Virus record (IMG/VR): IMGVR_UViG_3300036852_000503
Reading direction: 5' to 3' (one strand)
From: a virus
DNA: 64,000 nucleotides
The position numbers were made by a program, and so were the translations under genes. Positions 1-7,106 of the stretch are shown in pieces. Positions within the stretch are counted from its first letter, which is position 1. Each line of letters opens with the position of its first letter. The notes beneath the pieces were generated by a model. The model was not told the origin of the DNA, searched no databases, and was given only the letters and a program-made list of their open reading frames with translations.

Positions 1-12
1 ATTAAGTAAACG

Positions 13-50
13 CCGATCCCACCCACGCTCGGGTACGCGGGTGGGATCGG
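13..50 (-). terminator. Hairpin terminator downstream of rtcB
   Basis: Perfect 12-bp stem CCGATCCCACCC (13-24) / GGGTGGGATCGG (39-50) with a 14-nt loop. On the minus strand it starts 4 nt after the rtcB stop and is followed by TTTACTTAAT. Confidence 0.6.
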
Positions 51-54
51 ACGA

Positions 55-1224
55 CTAGTCCCCCTTGACGTTGAGGATCTGACGCAGCGTGTGCCGCACC
101 TCGACCAGGTCGGCGGCGTCCTTCATGACGACGTCGATGTCCTTGTACGCGCCGGGGATCTCGTCGATGAACGCGTCGGTGTCGCGGTACTCGATGCCGA
201 CCATCGCCTGACGCAGGTCCTCGTGCGTGAACGTCCGACGCGCGACGGTGCGCGAGTAGTTGCGTCCGGCACCGTGCGGCGATGAGTCCAGGGCGAACCG
301 GTCGCCCTTGCCGACCACCACGTACGACGCTGTGCCCATCGAGCCGGGGATCAGACCGGCCGTGCCCACGCTCGCGTCGATCGCGCCCTTGCGGGACAGC
401 CACACCTTCTCGCCGAAGTGACGCTCCTGGACCGTGTAGTTATGATGGCAGTTGATCGTCTCCTGCCGACTGACCGGCTCGCCGATCCAGTCGGCGACGC
501 ACTTGACGACGCGGTCCATCATCTCCTCGCGGTTGAACCAGGCGAACGCCTGCGCCCACCGCATCTCGCGGATGTACTTCCAGAACTCGGGGTCACCGTG
601 GACCAGGTAGGCGAGGTCCGGGTCGGGGAGGTCGATCCACCGACGCCTGCACTGCTCGATCGCGACCTTGATGTGGTGCGTGGCGATCTTGTTGCCGACG
701 CCCCGCGAGCCGCTGTGCAGGAAGAGCCACACACGACCGACCTCGTCGACCGTCACCTCGATGAAGTGGTTGCCCGAGCCGAGCGTGCCGAGCTGAAGCT
801 CCCAGTTCGCCGCGTAGTCACTCGGATCGAACAATGAGTCATCGGCCCGGGCACGTAGCGTGTCGACGCGCAGCTCGGCCGTCGAGGTCAGCCGCGTGTT
901 GTACTTGCCGGCCGACGTCGGCACGGCGGCCTCGATGCTCTCGCGCAGCGGGCGCAGGTCCCGGTTCTTGATGTCGTCCACGTCGAACTGCGTGCGGACG
1001 GCAATCATGCCGCAGCCGATGTCGACGCCGACCGCGGCCGGCATGATCGCGCCGCGCGTGGGGATGACGCTCCCCACCGTCGCCCCCTTGCCCAGGTGCG
1101 CGTCCGGCATGAGCGCGACGTGCGGGTAGATGAACGGCATGGTCGCGATGAGCTCGGCCTGGGCGCGCGTGTTCGGCTCCAGGATCGACGCCCAGTTCAT
1201 GAGTCGGTCGTTGACTCGCTCCAT
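55..1224 (-). CDS. rtcB: RtcB-family RNA 3'-phosphate/5'-OH ligase
   Basis: 389-aa ORF with RtcB hallmarks: MPDAHLGKGATVGSVIPT, GVDIGCGM, GSGNHFIEV, HSGSRGVGNKIA, NCHHNY, PGSMGTASYVV, SSPHGAGR. AGGAA-type RBS upstream of ATG 1224. Confidence 0.93.
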   Translation of the reverse strand: MERVNDRLMNWASILEPNTRAQAELIATMPFIYPHVALMPDAHLGKGATVGSVIPTRGAIMPAAVGVDIGCGMIAVRTQFDVDDIKNRDLRPLRESIEAAVPTSAGKYNTRLTSTAELRVDTLRARADDSLFDPSDYAANWELQLGTLGSGNHFIEVTVDEVGRVWLFLHSGSRGVGNKIATHHIKVAIEQCRRRWIDLPDPDLAYLVHGDPEFWKYIREMRWAQAFAWFNREEMMDRVVKCVADWIGEPVSRQETINCHHNYTVQERHFGEKVWLSRKGAIDASVGTAGLIPGSMGTASYVVVGKGDRFALDSSPHGAGRNYSRTVARRTFTHEDLRQAMVGIEYRDTDAFIDEIPGAYKDIDVVMKDAADLVEVRHTLRQILNVKGD

Positions 1225-1240
1225 CGTGATTCCTATCTTC

Positions 1241-1471
1241 TCAGCGTCGTGACGTCGCCGCCACGATGATCCAGACGGGCACCCACAGCCCGCACGTGAT
1301 GACGGACAGCAGTAGGTGCAGTCCGTGGTTGACGCCGCGCGTCGACGTGACGACGACCTGGTTCGACTACGTCGGCCACGCCGGCGCCGGAGGTGGTAGG
1401 TAGCACCGCTGGCCCCGCTGGTCCAGCGTGTAGTGCCGACCCGTCTCGTACTCGAGGTACACGCCGCTCAC
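1241..1471 (-). CDS. Small protein gene with an in-frame TAG (34-aa N part plus 41-codon TM-helix C part)
   Basis: Not in the ORF track. GTG 1471 overlaps the upstream stop (GTGA). 34 codons (SGVYLEYETGRHYTLDQRGQRCYLPPPAPAWPT) run to TAG 1367-1369. The same frame then continues with strong third-position G/C bias through GLHLLLSVITCGLWVPVWIIVAA to TGA 1241-1243, with no ATG/GTG/TTG before the helix. Track ORF 1233..1634 in another frame is R/P-rich with poor GC3. Confidence 0.5.
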
Positions 1472-1608
1472 AACCCCACCGCCCACAGCACGAGCGGGCC
1501 GAGCGGGGCCAGCACGCCGAGCAGCACGCCCGCGAGCGCGCTACCCAGCGTGGCGCGCACGACGGTGCGCGGGTGGACGACGTAGGTGCGCTTGGCGTGA
1601 CGTGCCAC
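1468..1608 (-). CDS. 46-aa single-pass membrane protein
   Basis: Not in the ORF track. GGAGA RBS then GTG 1608; ARHAKRTYVVHPRTVVRATLGSALAGVLLGVLAPLGPLVLWAVGL; high GC3; stop overlaps the next start (GTGA). Confidence 0.6.
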   Translation of the reverse strand: MARHAKRTYVVHPRTVVRATLGSALAGVLLGVLAPLGPLVLWAVGL

Positions 1609-1653
1609 GACGGTTCTCCCTGGTGTGGGTTCAATGTGTCGTGACCAACTTTA

Positions 1654-1773
1654 TCACACGTTCACGTGCCGTAGCGCGCAGCCCGCGGTTCGCACGACGT
1701 CGTAGCAGCGTCGGCACATGGCCTCGTGACGAAACCACGCCCAACGCCGGTGACAGACCCGACAGATGATCAC
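1654..1773 (-). CDS. 39-aa CxxC...CxxC zinc-finger-like protein
   Basis: Not in the ORF track. GAGGAAAG RBS; GTG 1773 overlaps the upstream stop (GTGA); IICRVCHRRWAWFRHEAMCRRCYDVVRTAGCALRHVNV. Confidence 0.6.
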   Translation of the reverse strand: MIICRVCHRRWAWFRHEAMCRRCYDVVRTAGCALRHVNV

Positions 1774-2039
1774 CGTGTCGACTTTCCTCGGGTGCCGAAC
1801 CACGGCGAGTGGTGCGGCCTGCCGACGCACGTCTTACACCTCGAGTACTTGACGGGTGCCTGCGTCCTAGTCTGACTGATCAGGTACGCCGGGTCGGAGC
1901 GTCGACGCTTCTCCCACAGTACGTTGAACCGGTAGTCGCGTGGACTCATAGCTGACGCCTCCCGCACGGTGCCGTCGTGCAGCTCGTACGCGTACGCACG
2001 GGACCACGCGGCCTTCTTACGTCGACGCTTCACGCTCAT
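1770..2039 (-). CDS. Hypothetical basic protein (89 aa)
   Basis: Part of track ORF 1770..2117. ATG 2039 (or GTG 2042) fits the GC3 pattern; MSVKRRRKKAAW...; stop coupled to the next gene. Confidence 0.55.
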   Translation of the reverse strand: MSVKRRRKKAAWSRAYAYELHDGTVREASAMSPRDYRFNVLWEKRRRSDPAYLISQTRTQAPVKYSRCKTCVGRPHHSPWFGTRGKSTR

Positions 2040-2301
2040 CACCGTCCAACTGTCGCTTGACTCTGGGAAGTTCCAGCAGATCACCCACGGTGCGCACGCC
2101 CAGTCGAGCCCGGGCACGTTGCAGTTGACACTGGACCGAGCGGTAGCTCAGGTCGAGGTCGCGCACCGCGGCCGCGACGGACGAGCCGCCGCGCACCCGC
2201 CGCAACACGAGCACCAGGGTGAGTGTGACCTCATCGTCGGGCACGGTGCTGGGCCGTGGGTACCTCACCGGCGTCAGCGCCGTGATGTCGTGCGACCTCA
2301 C
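2017..2301 (-). CDS. LuxR/GerE-type helix-turn-helix protein
   Basis: 94-aa ORF. C-terminal HTH-like segment VAAAVRDLDLSYRSVQCQLQRARARLGVRTVGDLL. GTG start coupled (GTGA) to the upstream stop. Confidence 0.6.
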   Translation of the reverse strand: MRSHDITALTPVRYPRPSTVPDDEVTLTLVLVLRRVRGGSSVAAAVRDLDLSYRSVQCQLQRARARLGVRTVGDLLELPRVKRQLDGDEREAST

Positions 2302-2537
2302 GTCGAGTCACCTTCCCACTCGGCCGGCTCCCACGCCGACGTGCTGACAGTCCGCGCCACCAGCCGCGAGTTGGGCCGCATGCACAGGAGGTCGGCCAGC
2401 GCGGCGCGCGCCGAGTACTTAGCGCTGTCGGTGATGCCGTACGCCACGTAGAAGTTGCGACCGTTTGGGTACACCCAGTGAATGCCCCACTCGGTGACGG
2501 TCTTCGACCTGTTGACCGGTGCGTTCCCGTGCGTCAT
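2298..2537 (-). CDS. Hypothetical protein (79 aa)
   Basis: Track ORF 2298..2606 trimmed to ATG 2537, which overlaps the upstream micro-ORF stop (ATGA); MTHGNAPVNRSKTVTEWGIHWVYPNGRNFYVAYG... Confidence 0.6.
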   Translation of the reverse strand: MTHGNAPVNRSKTVTEWGIHWVYPNGRNFYVAYGITDSAKYSARAALADLLCMRPNSRLVARTVSTSAWEPAEWEGDST

Positions 2538-2629
2538 CGCCCCAACACCGCACACAGCACGTAGAGCGTCACCCAGAACGTGAGGCCCACGCCGATCTCG
2601 AACCACGGTGCCGTCTTGAGGATCTTCAT
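2534..2629 (-). CDS. 31-aa membrane micro-protein
   Basis: Not in the ORF track. ATG 2629; MKILKTAPWFEIGVGLTFWVTLYVLCAVLGR; ATGA overlap with the next gene. Confidence 0.5.
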   Translation of the reverse strand: MKILKTAPWFEIGVGLTFWVTLYVLCAVLGR

Positions 2630-2663
2630 ACCCTGCCGAATGTACTCGCGTCGGTTCACTCGT

Positions 2664-3143
2664 CTACCTCCCGCCCGCTCGCCGGACCGCGTCGCGCACG
2701 ACCGGCAGCTGGAGCAGGCGTAGCGTGCTCTCGACCCCGAAGCGCGTGCGCAGCTTCCGCGTCGTGTACGTGACCACGCCGGAGCCCCAGCCCTGCGCGT
2801 ACGTCACGCCGTCCTGCGTGAAGCCGGCCCGCAGCGCCGTGAGCACAATCAACTCGATCTCGGTGAACGCCGACGGGTCGGCGCGCCTCACCGGGGTGAG
2901 CGCGGCGGTCGAGCACCGCTGCGGTTCGTCCAGCTCGGCCCGCACCGCCGGCACCATGAGGAGCTGCTGCGTTGACGTCACGCGGTGCGTGGCGCGCAGT
3001 GACCGCAGTCGCTCCAGCATGTTCACGTACGGCATGTCGAGATCCAGGGCCACGCTCCGCTGCGCGAAGCCGCGGCGTAGCGCCCGCAGCATCAGCACGT
3101 CCTTGTCCGAGAGTACCCGCTGCTTGGTCGTCGTCATCGTCAC
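2664..3143 (-). CDS. Protein with two tandem LuxR-like HTH modules
   Basis: Track ORF 2664..3305 trimmed to GTG 3143 (GAGGAG RBS 7 nt upstream, GTGA coupling) or ATG 3137. Two similar halves: ...LMLRALRRGFAQRSVALDLDMPYVNMLERLRSLRATHRV... and ...IVLTALRAGFTQDGVTYAQGWGSGVVTYTTRKLRTRFGV... Confidence 0.65.
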   Translation of the reverse strand: MTMTTTKQRVLSDKDVLMLRALRRGFAQRSVALDLDMPYVNMLERLRSLRATHRVTSTQQLLMVPAVRAELDEPQRCSTAALTPVRRADPSAFTEIELIVLTALRAGFTQDGVTYAQGWGSGVVTYTTRKLRTRFGVESTLRLLQLPVVRDAVRRAGGR

Positions 3144-3385
3144 TGTCGCTCTCCTCGTTCGCCTGCCTGCACGGCCGCGCGTGGGCCGTACGGTCCCCGC
3201 TTGGTCCGGCGCTCCGTGTGAATCGTCTTGATCGGCTTCCAGTAGCCCGCCGCGGGGATGTGCATGCGGCAGCCCCAGCCGGAAGGCGCGCCGCAGCGCG
3301 GGCACTCGCGGCTGAGCGGGCTGGTCGTCGGCGGCGAGCCGGTGTAGCCACCCGCGGAAACGCCGGCGCGCGATCGCTTGCTCAC
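3140..3385 (-). CDS. Hypothetical Cys-containing small protein (81 aa)
   Basis: Track ORF; CPRCGAPSGWGC motif; GTG start coupled to the upstream stop. Confidence 0.55.
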   Translation of the reverse strand: MSKRSRAGVSAGGYTGSPPTTSPLSRECPRCGAPSGWGCRMHIPAAGYWKPIKTIHTERRTKRGPYGPRAAVQAGERGERQ

Positions 3386-3546
3386 GTCGTCACCTCGCCG
3401 TCGGCACGCACCGCGCGATCGCGGTGGGCGTAGTCGCGGTGGTACACGCGGTTACCTCGACTGTACCGAAGGTCGAAGCAGGGGCCACCGGCGGTCGCGT
3501 GGCACCAGTCGCAGTGATCGTAGCGCTTCCAGTTGGTTTTAGTCAT
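3382..3546 (-). CDS. Hypothetical Cys/His-rich protein (54 aa)
   Basis: Track ORF 3382..3597 trimmed to ATG 3546 (GGAGAGAACG upstream); MTKTNWKRYDHCDWCHATAGGPCFDLRY... Confidence 0.6.
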   Translation of the reverse strand: MTKTNWKRYDHCDWCHATAGGPCFDLRYSRGNRVYHRDYAHRDRAVRADGEVTT

Positions 3547-3563
3547 CGTTCTCTCCACGGCTC

Positions 3564-3749
3564 CTAGATCCGGTCCAGCGTGTCGGTGGGCATCCACCCG
3601 CCGCAGCTCGCCACCTGCGCCGCGACGAGCGCGGCCTCGTCGCGCGAGTCGGCGGCGACGGTCACGCGGGTCCAGTGGTGCACCGCGACACCCGACTTCA
3701 GCGCGTCGTGCGTCGACACGCCGACGTCAAACTCGAAGACGTCAGCCAT
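3564..3749 (-). CDS. Hypothetical protein (61 aa)
   Basis: Track ORF 3564..3932 trimmed to ATG 3749; MADVFEFDVGVSTHDALKSGVAVHHWTRVTV... The upstream part of the ORF is R-rich junk. Confidence 0.6.
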   Translation of the reverse strand: MADVFEFDVGVSTHDALKSGVAVHHWTRVTVAADSRDEAALVAAQVASCGGWMPTDTLDRI

Positions 3750-3942
3750 CGTCACCCACCGCGTCGCGTCGCGCACGCCGGTCGAGCCACGCCTGCCGGC
3801 GCGCCCGGTGCGACCGCTTGATCTCCGCGTCCGCGCGCCGACGCGACGCCGTCGCGGTGGTGCACGGCCTGCCCACGCCCGCCGCGCAGTACGCGCAGCG
3901 CACCTCGCGGGCGTCGTGCTCGCCGACGTCACCGATCCTCAC
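3742..3942 (-). CDS. Hypothetical Cys-containing basic protein (66 aa)
   Basis: Track ORF 3742..3996 trimmed to GTG 3942, coupled (GTGA) to the upstream micro-ORF; CAYCAAGVGRPC motif. Confidence 0.5.
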   Translation of the reverse strand: MRIGDVGEHDAREVRCAYCAAGVGRPCTTATASRRRADAEIKRSHRARRQAWLDRRARRDAVGDDG

Positions 3943-4061
3943 GGCGTCACCGTGACTCGCGCGCCGCGCAGGCTGTTGATGAGGTCGATCACCCACGGTC
4001 CGTACGCCACCAGCAGGAACAGGAACCCGACGACCGCCAGCAACGTGATGATCCTACTCAT
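3939..4061 (-). CDS. 40-aa membrane micro-protein
   Basis: Not in the ORF track. GAGGGAGAGC then ATG 4061; MSRIITLLAVVGFLFLLVAYGPWVIDLINSLRGARVTVTP. Confidence 0.55.
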   Translation of the reverse strand: MSRIITLLAVVGFLFLLVAYGPWVIDLINSLRGARVTVTP

Positions 4062-4102
4062 GCTCTCCCTCTTCCTCGGCCAACGCTACGGTAGACGGTA
4101 GC

Positions 4103-4741
4103 CTACCGCGGCTCGACGGTCGCGCGACGCGACTCCGCGTCGCCGCCGCGGTAGCCGTGCTCGACGGCGCGATCCTTGTACATCTTCGGCAGTTCGTCCT
4201 GGATTTCACCCGTTTCCACAAACGCCTTGATGGCGTCGATCGCCGCGTTGGTCCGGTGTTGCCACTCCCACCCAGCCACCACGTTCTTTCGGGCACGCCG
4301 CGCGATGAATTCGTGAGACGTGGTGGTGGATGCCGCGTCGCCGTCACGGTACCGCTTCGGCAGCGCGTTCGTGACGACGCCGTCGTTCACGTACGACTTG
4401 ATCGCGCCGATCTGCTCGGCGCTCCACAGGAAGCCGGACCAGCCGGCCACGACGATCATGCGGCGCCAGTACTCGTGCTGCCGATGCGCGTAGCTCGGGC
4501 CCACGGGCGGCCGGGTCGTCGTGAGCTGGTCGGGGCCGAGCTGCGTGTGGCTCCAGCGTGGCCCGGACTGGGCGCGGGACGCGGCCAGACGCTCCTGGTA
4601 CCGCGGGTCGGCGCGCTTGGCGTCGACCCGCGCCTTGAGCACGGCCTTGGTGAGGTCGCCGCACTGGTCCCAGAACGCCTCGTCGGACGTGGGCGCGTCG
4701 AGCAGCTCGCGCATCTTGACGCGGAACTCGCTGATCTCCAT
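4103..4741 (-). CDS. Hypothetical protein with an internal duplication
   Basis: 212-aa ORF with ordinary composition. Repeated module VVAGW...IGAIKSYVNDGVVTNALPKRYRD / VVAGWEW...IDAIKAFVETGEIQDELPKMYKD. Confidence 0.8.
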   Translation of the reverse strand: MEISEFRVKMRELLDAPTSDEAFWDQCGDLTKAVLKARVDAKRADPRYQERLAASRAQSGPRWSHTQLGPDQLTTTRPPVGPSYAHRQHEYWRRMIVVAGWSGFLWSAEQIGAIKSYVNDGVVTNALPKRYRDGDAASTTTSHEFIARRARKNVVAGWEWQHRTNAAIDAIKAFVETGEIQDELPKMYKDRAVEHGYRGGDAESRRATVEPR

Positions 4742-4742
4742 C

Positions 4743-5063
4743 TCAGACCTCGCTCTTGGTGTTGCGCGCCAGCTCGCGCGCGTACGTGTCGACCAGCGCC
4801 TGAGCCGCCTTGACGCGGCTCGTCTCGACCACGCCGGAGCGCCGCGCGTGCCGGTTGACGCGCAGCTCCGCGGCGACGGCGTGCTTCAGCTGCCACGACC
4901 AGCCCTTGCGCACGCGGGTCGCGACGCGAATCCGGCCCTGCGTCACGTGCGTCTCGGTGGTGTCCTTGCGGACCGTGCCGATCAGCACGCCGTCCACCCG
5001 CACCTCGTGCAGCTCCGCGCCGTCGTAGTCGGTCTTCTCGGCCTTCGTGATCGTGACGTTCAT
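4743..5063 (-). CDS. Hypothetical protein (106 aa)
   Basis: Track ORF preceded by the conserved leader GGAACCCAAGGAGAGCACG-ATG. Confidence 0.8.
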   Translation of the reverse strand: MNVTITKAEKTDYDGAELHEVRVDGVLIGTVRKDTTETHVTQGRIRVATRVRKGWSWQLKHAVAAELRVNRHARRSGVVETSRVKAAQALVDTYARELARNTKSEV

Positions 5064-5102
5064 CGTGCTCTCCTTGGGTTCCGGTGTTCGTGCTCTGTGA
5101 CA

Positions 5103-5131
5103 ACCGTATCAAATATCCCAACACCGTGCAA
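5103..5131 (-). promoter_or_regulatory. Sigma-70-like promoter (TTGCAC-17 nt-TACGGT)
   Basis: Read on the minus strand: -35 TTGCAC (5131-5126), 17-nt spacer, -10 TACGGT (5108-5103). The whole module of about 72 nt down to the ATG is nearly identical to the plus-strand module at 38445-38515. Confidence 0.5.
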
Positions 5132-5152
5132 CCACCAAACCCATCGACCTCA

Positions 5153-5560
5153 CTACCGACGGAGCCGACCGTGCCGCCGCGTCAGCTTCGCGATCGTCGC
5201 CACCGCGTCGTCGCCCGGGTCGGCCACGTCGCGCTGGCCGTGGTCGGCCGCCTCGGCGGCGCTCGCGAACAGCGGCTCGGACGGCGCGGGCACCCCACCC
5301 GCCGGTCGGTCGAAGCGGAGCGCCAGCAAGTCGTGCTCGTGACCGCGCGACGTGTGGCACACGGCCCAGCCGTGGCAGTGGAACTCGGGCGACGCGTGGC
5401 ACGCGAACCCGACCGGCGGCTGCTCGGTCGTGGGTGCGTCGTACCCCCGCAACTTGTCGTACTCGGGCGACGCCCACACGCCGCTGGGAACGTCGCGGCG
5501 GTAGGGGCACGCGCCGCAAGCCTTCACTCGGACCTCGGTCATCTCGTTCACTCCGTTCAC
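5153..5560 (-). CDS. Hypothetical Cys/His-rich protein
   Basis: 135-aa ORF (the start could be ATG 5542); CGACPYRRDVPSGVW...FACHASPEFHCHGWAVCH. Confidence 0.75.
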   Translation of the reverse strand: MNGVNEMTEVRVKACGACPYRRDVPSGVWASPEYDKLRGYDAPTTEQPPVGFACHASPEFHCHGWAVCHTSRGHEHDLLALRFDRPAGGVPAPSEPLFASAAEAADHGQRDVADPGDDAVATIAKLTRRHGRLRR

Positions 5561-5587
5561 GAAGGTGATGATCCAGTGGTGCCGGCG

Positions 5588-5797
5588 TCACATGCCGCGA
5601 CGCGGGCAGACGTCGCTCGGCACGCACACCCGGCACGTGCTGTCGACATCCTGGCACGCCGAAACCGGCGCGGGCGTTGGTGACGTCCCGGGGCGGGGCG
5701 TCGTGCCGCCAGGAGGCGCCTGGCAGCCCGTTGGGGCGGCCAGGGCGCCAACCACGGCGACGCACGCGGCCAGGGCGCGGGTCCAGGTGAGCATCAT
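5588..5797 (-). CDS. Small secreted or membrane-anchored Cys-rich protein (possible lipoprotein)
   Basis: 69 aa. N-terminal signal-like MMLTWTRALAACVAVVGALAAPTGC, then a P/T-rich segment and more Cys. The lipobox is not canonical. Confidence 0.5.
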   Translation of the reverse strand: MMLTWTRALAACVAVVGALAAPTGCQAPPGGTTPRPGTSPTPAPVSACQDVDSTCRVCVPSDVCPRRGM

Positions 5798-6054
5798 GCG
5801 TCGTCCGCCCGCCGATCGCCGTGGTTGAACACGACGATCGCGCCGATGCCGCCAGTGGTGATCTTGACCAGCTCCAGCAGGTGGGCGGGCAGCTCGCCGC
5901 CCTCGATGAAGTCGTCGCCCAGCTCCATCACCTCGGTGGCGTCCTCGGCCACCTGCTGGAACGTCCGGTCCACCTGGACGGTGATCACGACGCGCACGTC
6001 GGCCAAGTAGGTGTGCCGGTACTCCAGCGTGAACGAGTTCAGCGGGCTCCCCAT
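5794..6054 (-). CDS. Hypothetical acidic protein (86 aa)
   Basis: Track ORF preceded by CCTAGGAGAGCACG-ATG. Confidence 0.75.
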   Translation of the reverse strand: MGSPLNSFTLEYRHTYLADVRVVITVQVDRTFQQVAEDATEVMELGDDFIEGGELPAHLLELVKITTGGIGAIVVFNHGDRRADDA

Positions 6055-6114
6055 CGTGCTCTCCTAGGTTGAGTGATCCAGTGTGACAACGCGTCGGGCG
6101 CCCGTGATGTGATG

Positions 6115-6297
6115 CTACTGGTTGCGGTACGCGACGCGCAGGAGTAGCTGCTCCGCTTCGTCGACGGCCACCAGTGTGGTGACGATAGTGTCGTCCAGTG
6201 TCGCCGTGTCACCGTCAGTCGCGGTGACGCGATGCTCGGACACGACGTAGACGACGTCACCCACTCGCAGGTCACGATACTTGGTCATGCTGATCAC
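6115..6297 (-). CDS. Hypothetical protein (60 aa)
   Basis: Track ORF with plausible composition (the start may be ATG 6288). Confidence 0.65.
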   Translation of the reverse strand: MISMTKYRDLRVGDVVYVVSEHRVTATDGDTATLDDTIVTTLVAVDEAEQLLLRVAYRNQ

Positions 6298-6322
6298 CTC
6301 TCATCGACTCGTGAGCTACTCA

Positions 6323-6361
6323 GTGTGGCCCCGGGCCTCGAACCCGGGTGGCTGCCGACAC
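6323..6361 (-). ncRNA. tRNA acceptor/T-arm minihelix-like element
   Basis: Minus strand reads GTGTCGGC-AGCCA-CCCGGG-TTCGAGG-CCCGGG-GCCACAC. This gives a 7-bp acceptor-like stem with one bulged C and a 6-bp stem closing a TTCGAGG T-loop. It lies in the 73-nt spacer between two genes. Confidence 0.3.
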
Positions 6362-6370
6362 CACCGATTC

Positions 6371-6628
6371 TCAGAACTCCCAGCCCATGTACTCGTACGC
6401 GTCGAACTTGGCGTCGGAGCGGGTGCGGTAGGTCTCGATGACCTCACCCTCGATGACCAGATCCCAACCCTTGGTGGTCTTGTCGATGCGGACCAGGTCG
6501 TGGCTCGTGACCTGCACACGGCTCGTGGTGCCCTCGCCGATCAGCGCGAACCCGGACCGACCGCTCGCGGTCCAGATGAAGTCGCCGTGCTTGGTACGCT
6601 TCGGGACGAACGCGGTGGTCGTGGTCAT
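6371..6628 (-). CDS. Hypothetical protein (85 aa)
   Basis: Track ORF preceded by GGAACCAAGGAGAGAATC-ATG. Confidence 0.8.
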   Translation of the reverse strand: MTTTTAFVPKRTKHGDFIWTASGRSGFALIGEGTTSRVQVTSHDLVRIDKTTKGWDLVIEGEVIETYRTRSDAKFDAYEYMGWEF

Positions 6629-6670
6629 GATTCTCTCCTTGGTTCCGGGTTGCTCTGCGGTGCTAAGACA

Positions 6671-6699
6671 AATCTACCACAGACCGGGCAAACTTAACC
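6671..6699 (-). promoter_or_regulatory. Promoter, GGTTAA-17 nt-TAGATT class
   Basis: Minus strand: GGTTAA (6699-6694), 17 nt ending in TGTGG, then TAGATT (6676-6671), followed by the conserved TTGTCTTAGCACC. Confidence 0.5.
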
Positions 6700-6732
6700 C
6701 ACGACTTTACGGAAACGTGAGTTAAGTTTGCC
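6687..6732 (-). terminator. 12-bp perfect inverted repeat overlapping the -35 element
   Basis: GGCAAACTTAAC (6687-6698) / GTTAAGTTTGCC (6721-6732), 22-nt loop, just downstream of the stop at 6746. Confidence 0.4.
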
Positions 6733-6745
6733 GCTCACGGCGTTG

Positions 6746-7012
6746 CTACTCGCTGATCTCCGTGATCTGGCCGGCGAACGTGCGCCGGTCGTCGTTGGCG
6801 TCGCCGTCGGCGTTGTCGACGTACCGGTCGATGACGGCGAGCAGGTCGGCCTCGGTGCCCGTGAACCGGACGACGGGCCACCCGTTGTCGCCCAGGTCGC
6901 GCCCGATCTGGGCCATCACGCCGGGGATGCCGAAGATGAACTTACCCGCGGCGTCCAGCGGGTCCTCGTCCACGTCGTAGACGATGTCGAGTTCGAGCGT
7001 GCACGTGCTCAC
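6746..7012 (-). CDS. Hypothetical acidic protein (88 aa)
   Basis: Track ORF 6746..7132 trimmed to GTG 7012 (CCAAGGAGACCAC upstream); STCTLELDIVYDVDEDPLDAAGKFIFGIPG... Confidence 0.65.
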   Translation of the reverse strand: MSTCTLELDIVYDVDEDPLDAAGKFIFGIPGVMAQIGRDLGDNGWPVVRFTGTEADLLAVIDRYVDNADGDANDDRRTFAGQITEISE

Positions 7013-7106
7013 GTGGTCTCCTTGGTCGTCGTTGGACTCGTCAACGCGGGCCTCACCCGCGGACGCCGACGCCTCCCGGCGTGGGCGTTTCGTCCTGTGA
7101 GGGTCG

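Noticed and set aside
1233-1634. 133-aa track ORF upstream of rtcB.
   Set aside because: Its third positions are A/T-rich and the product is R/P/C-rich. Two other frames in the same interval give short genes with RBS, GTGA coupling and high GC3.
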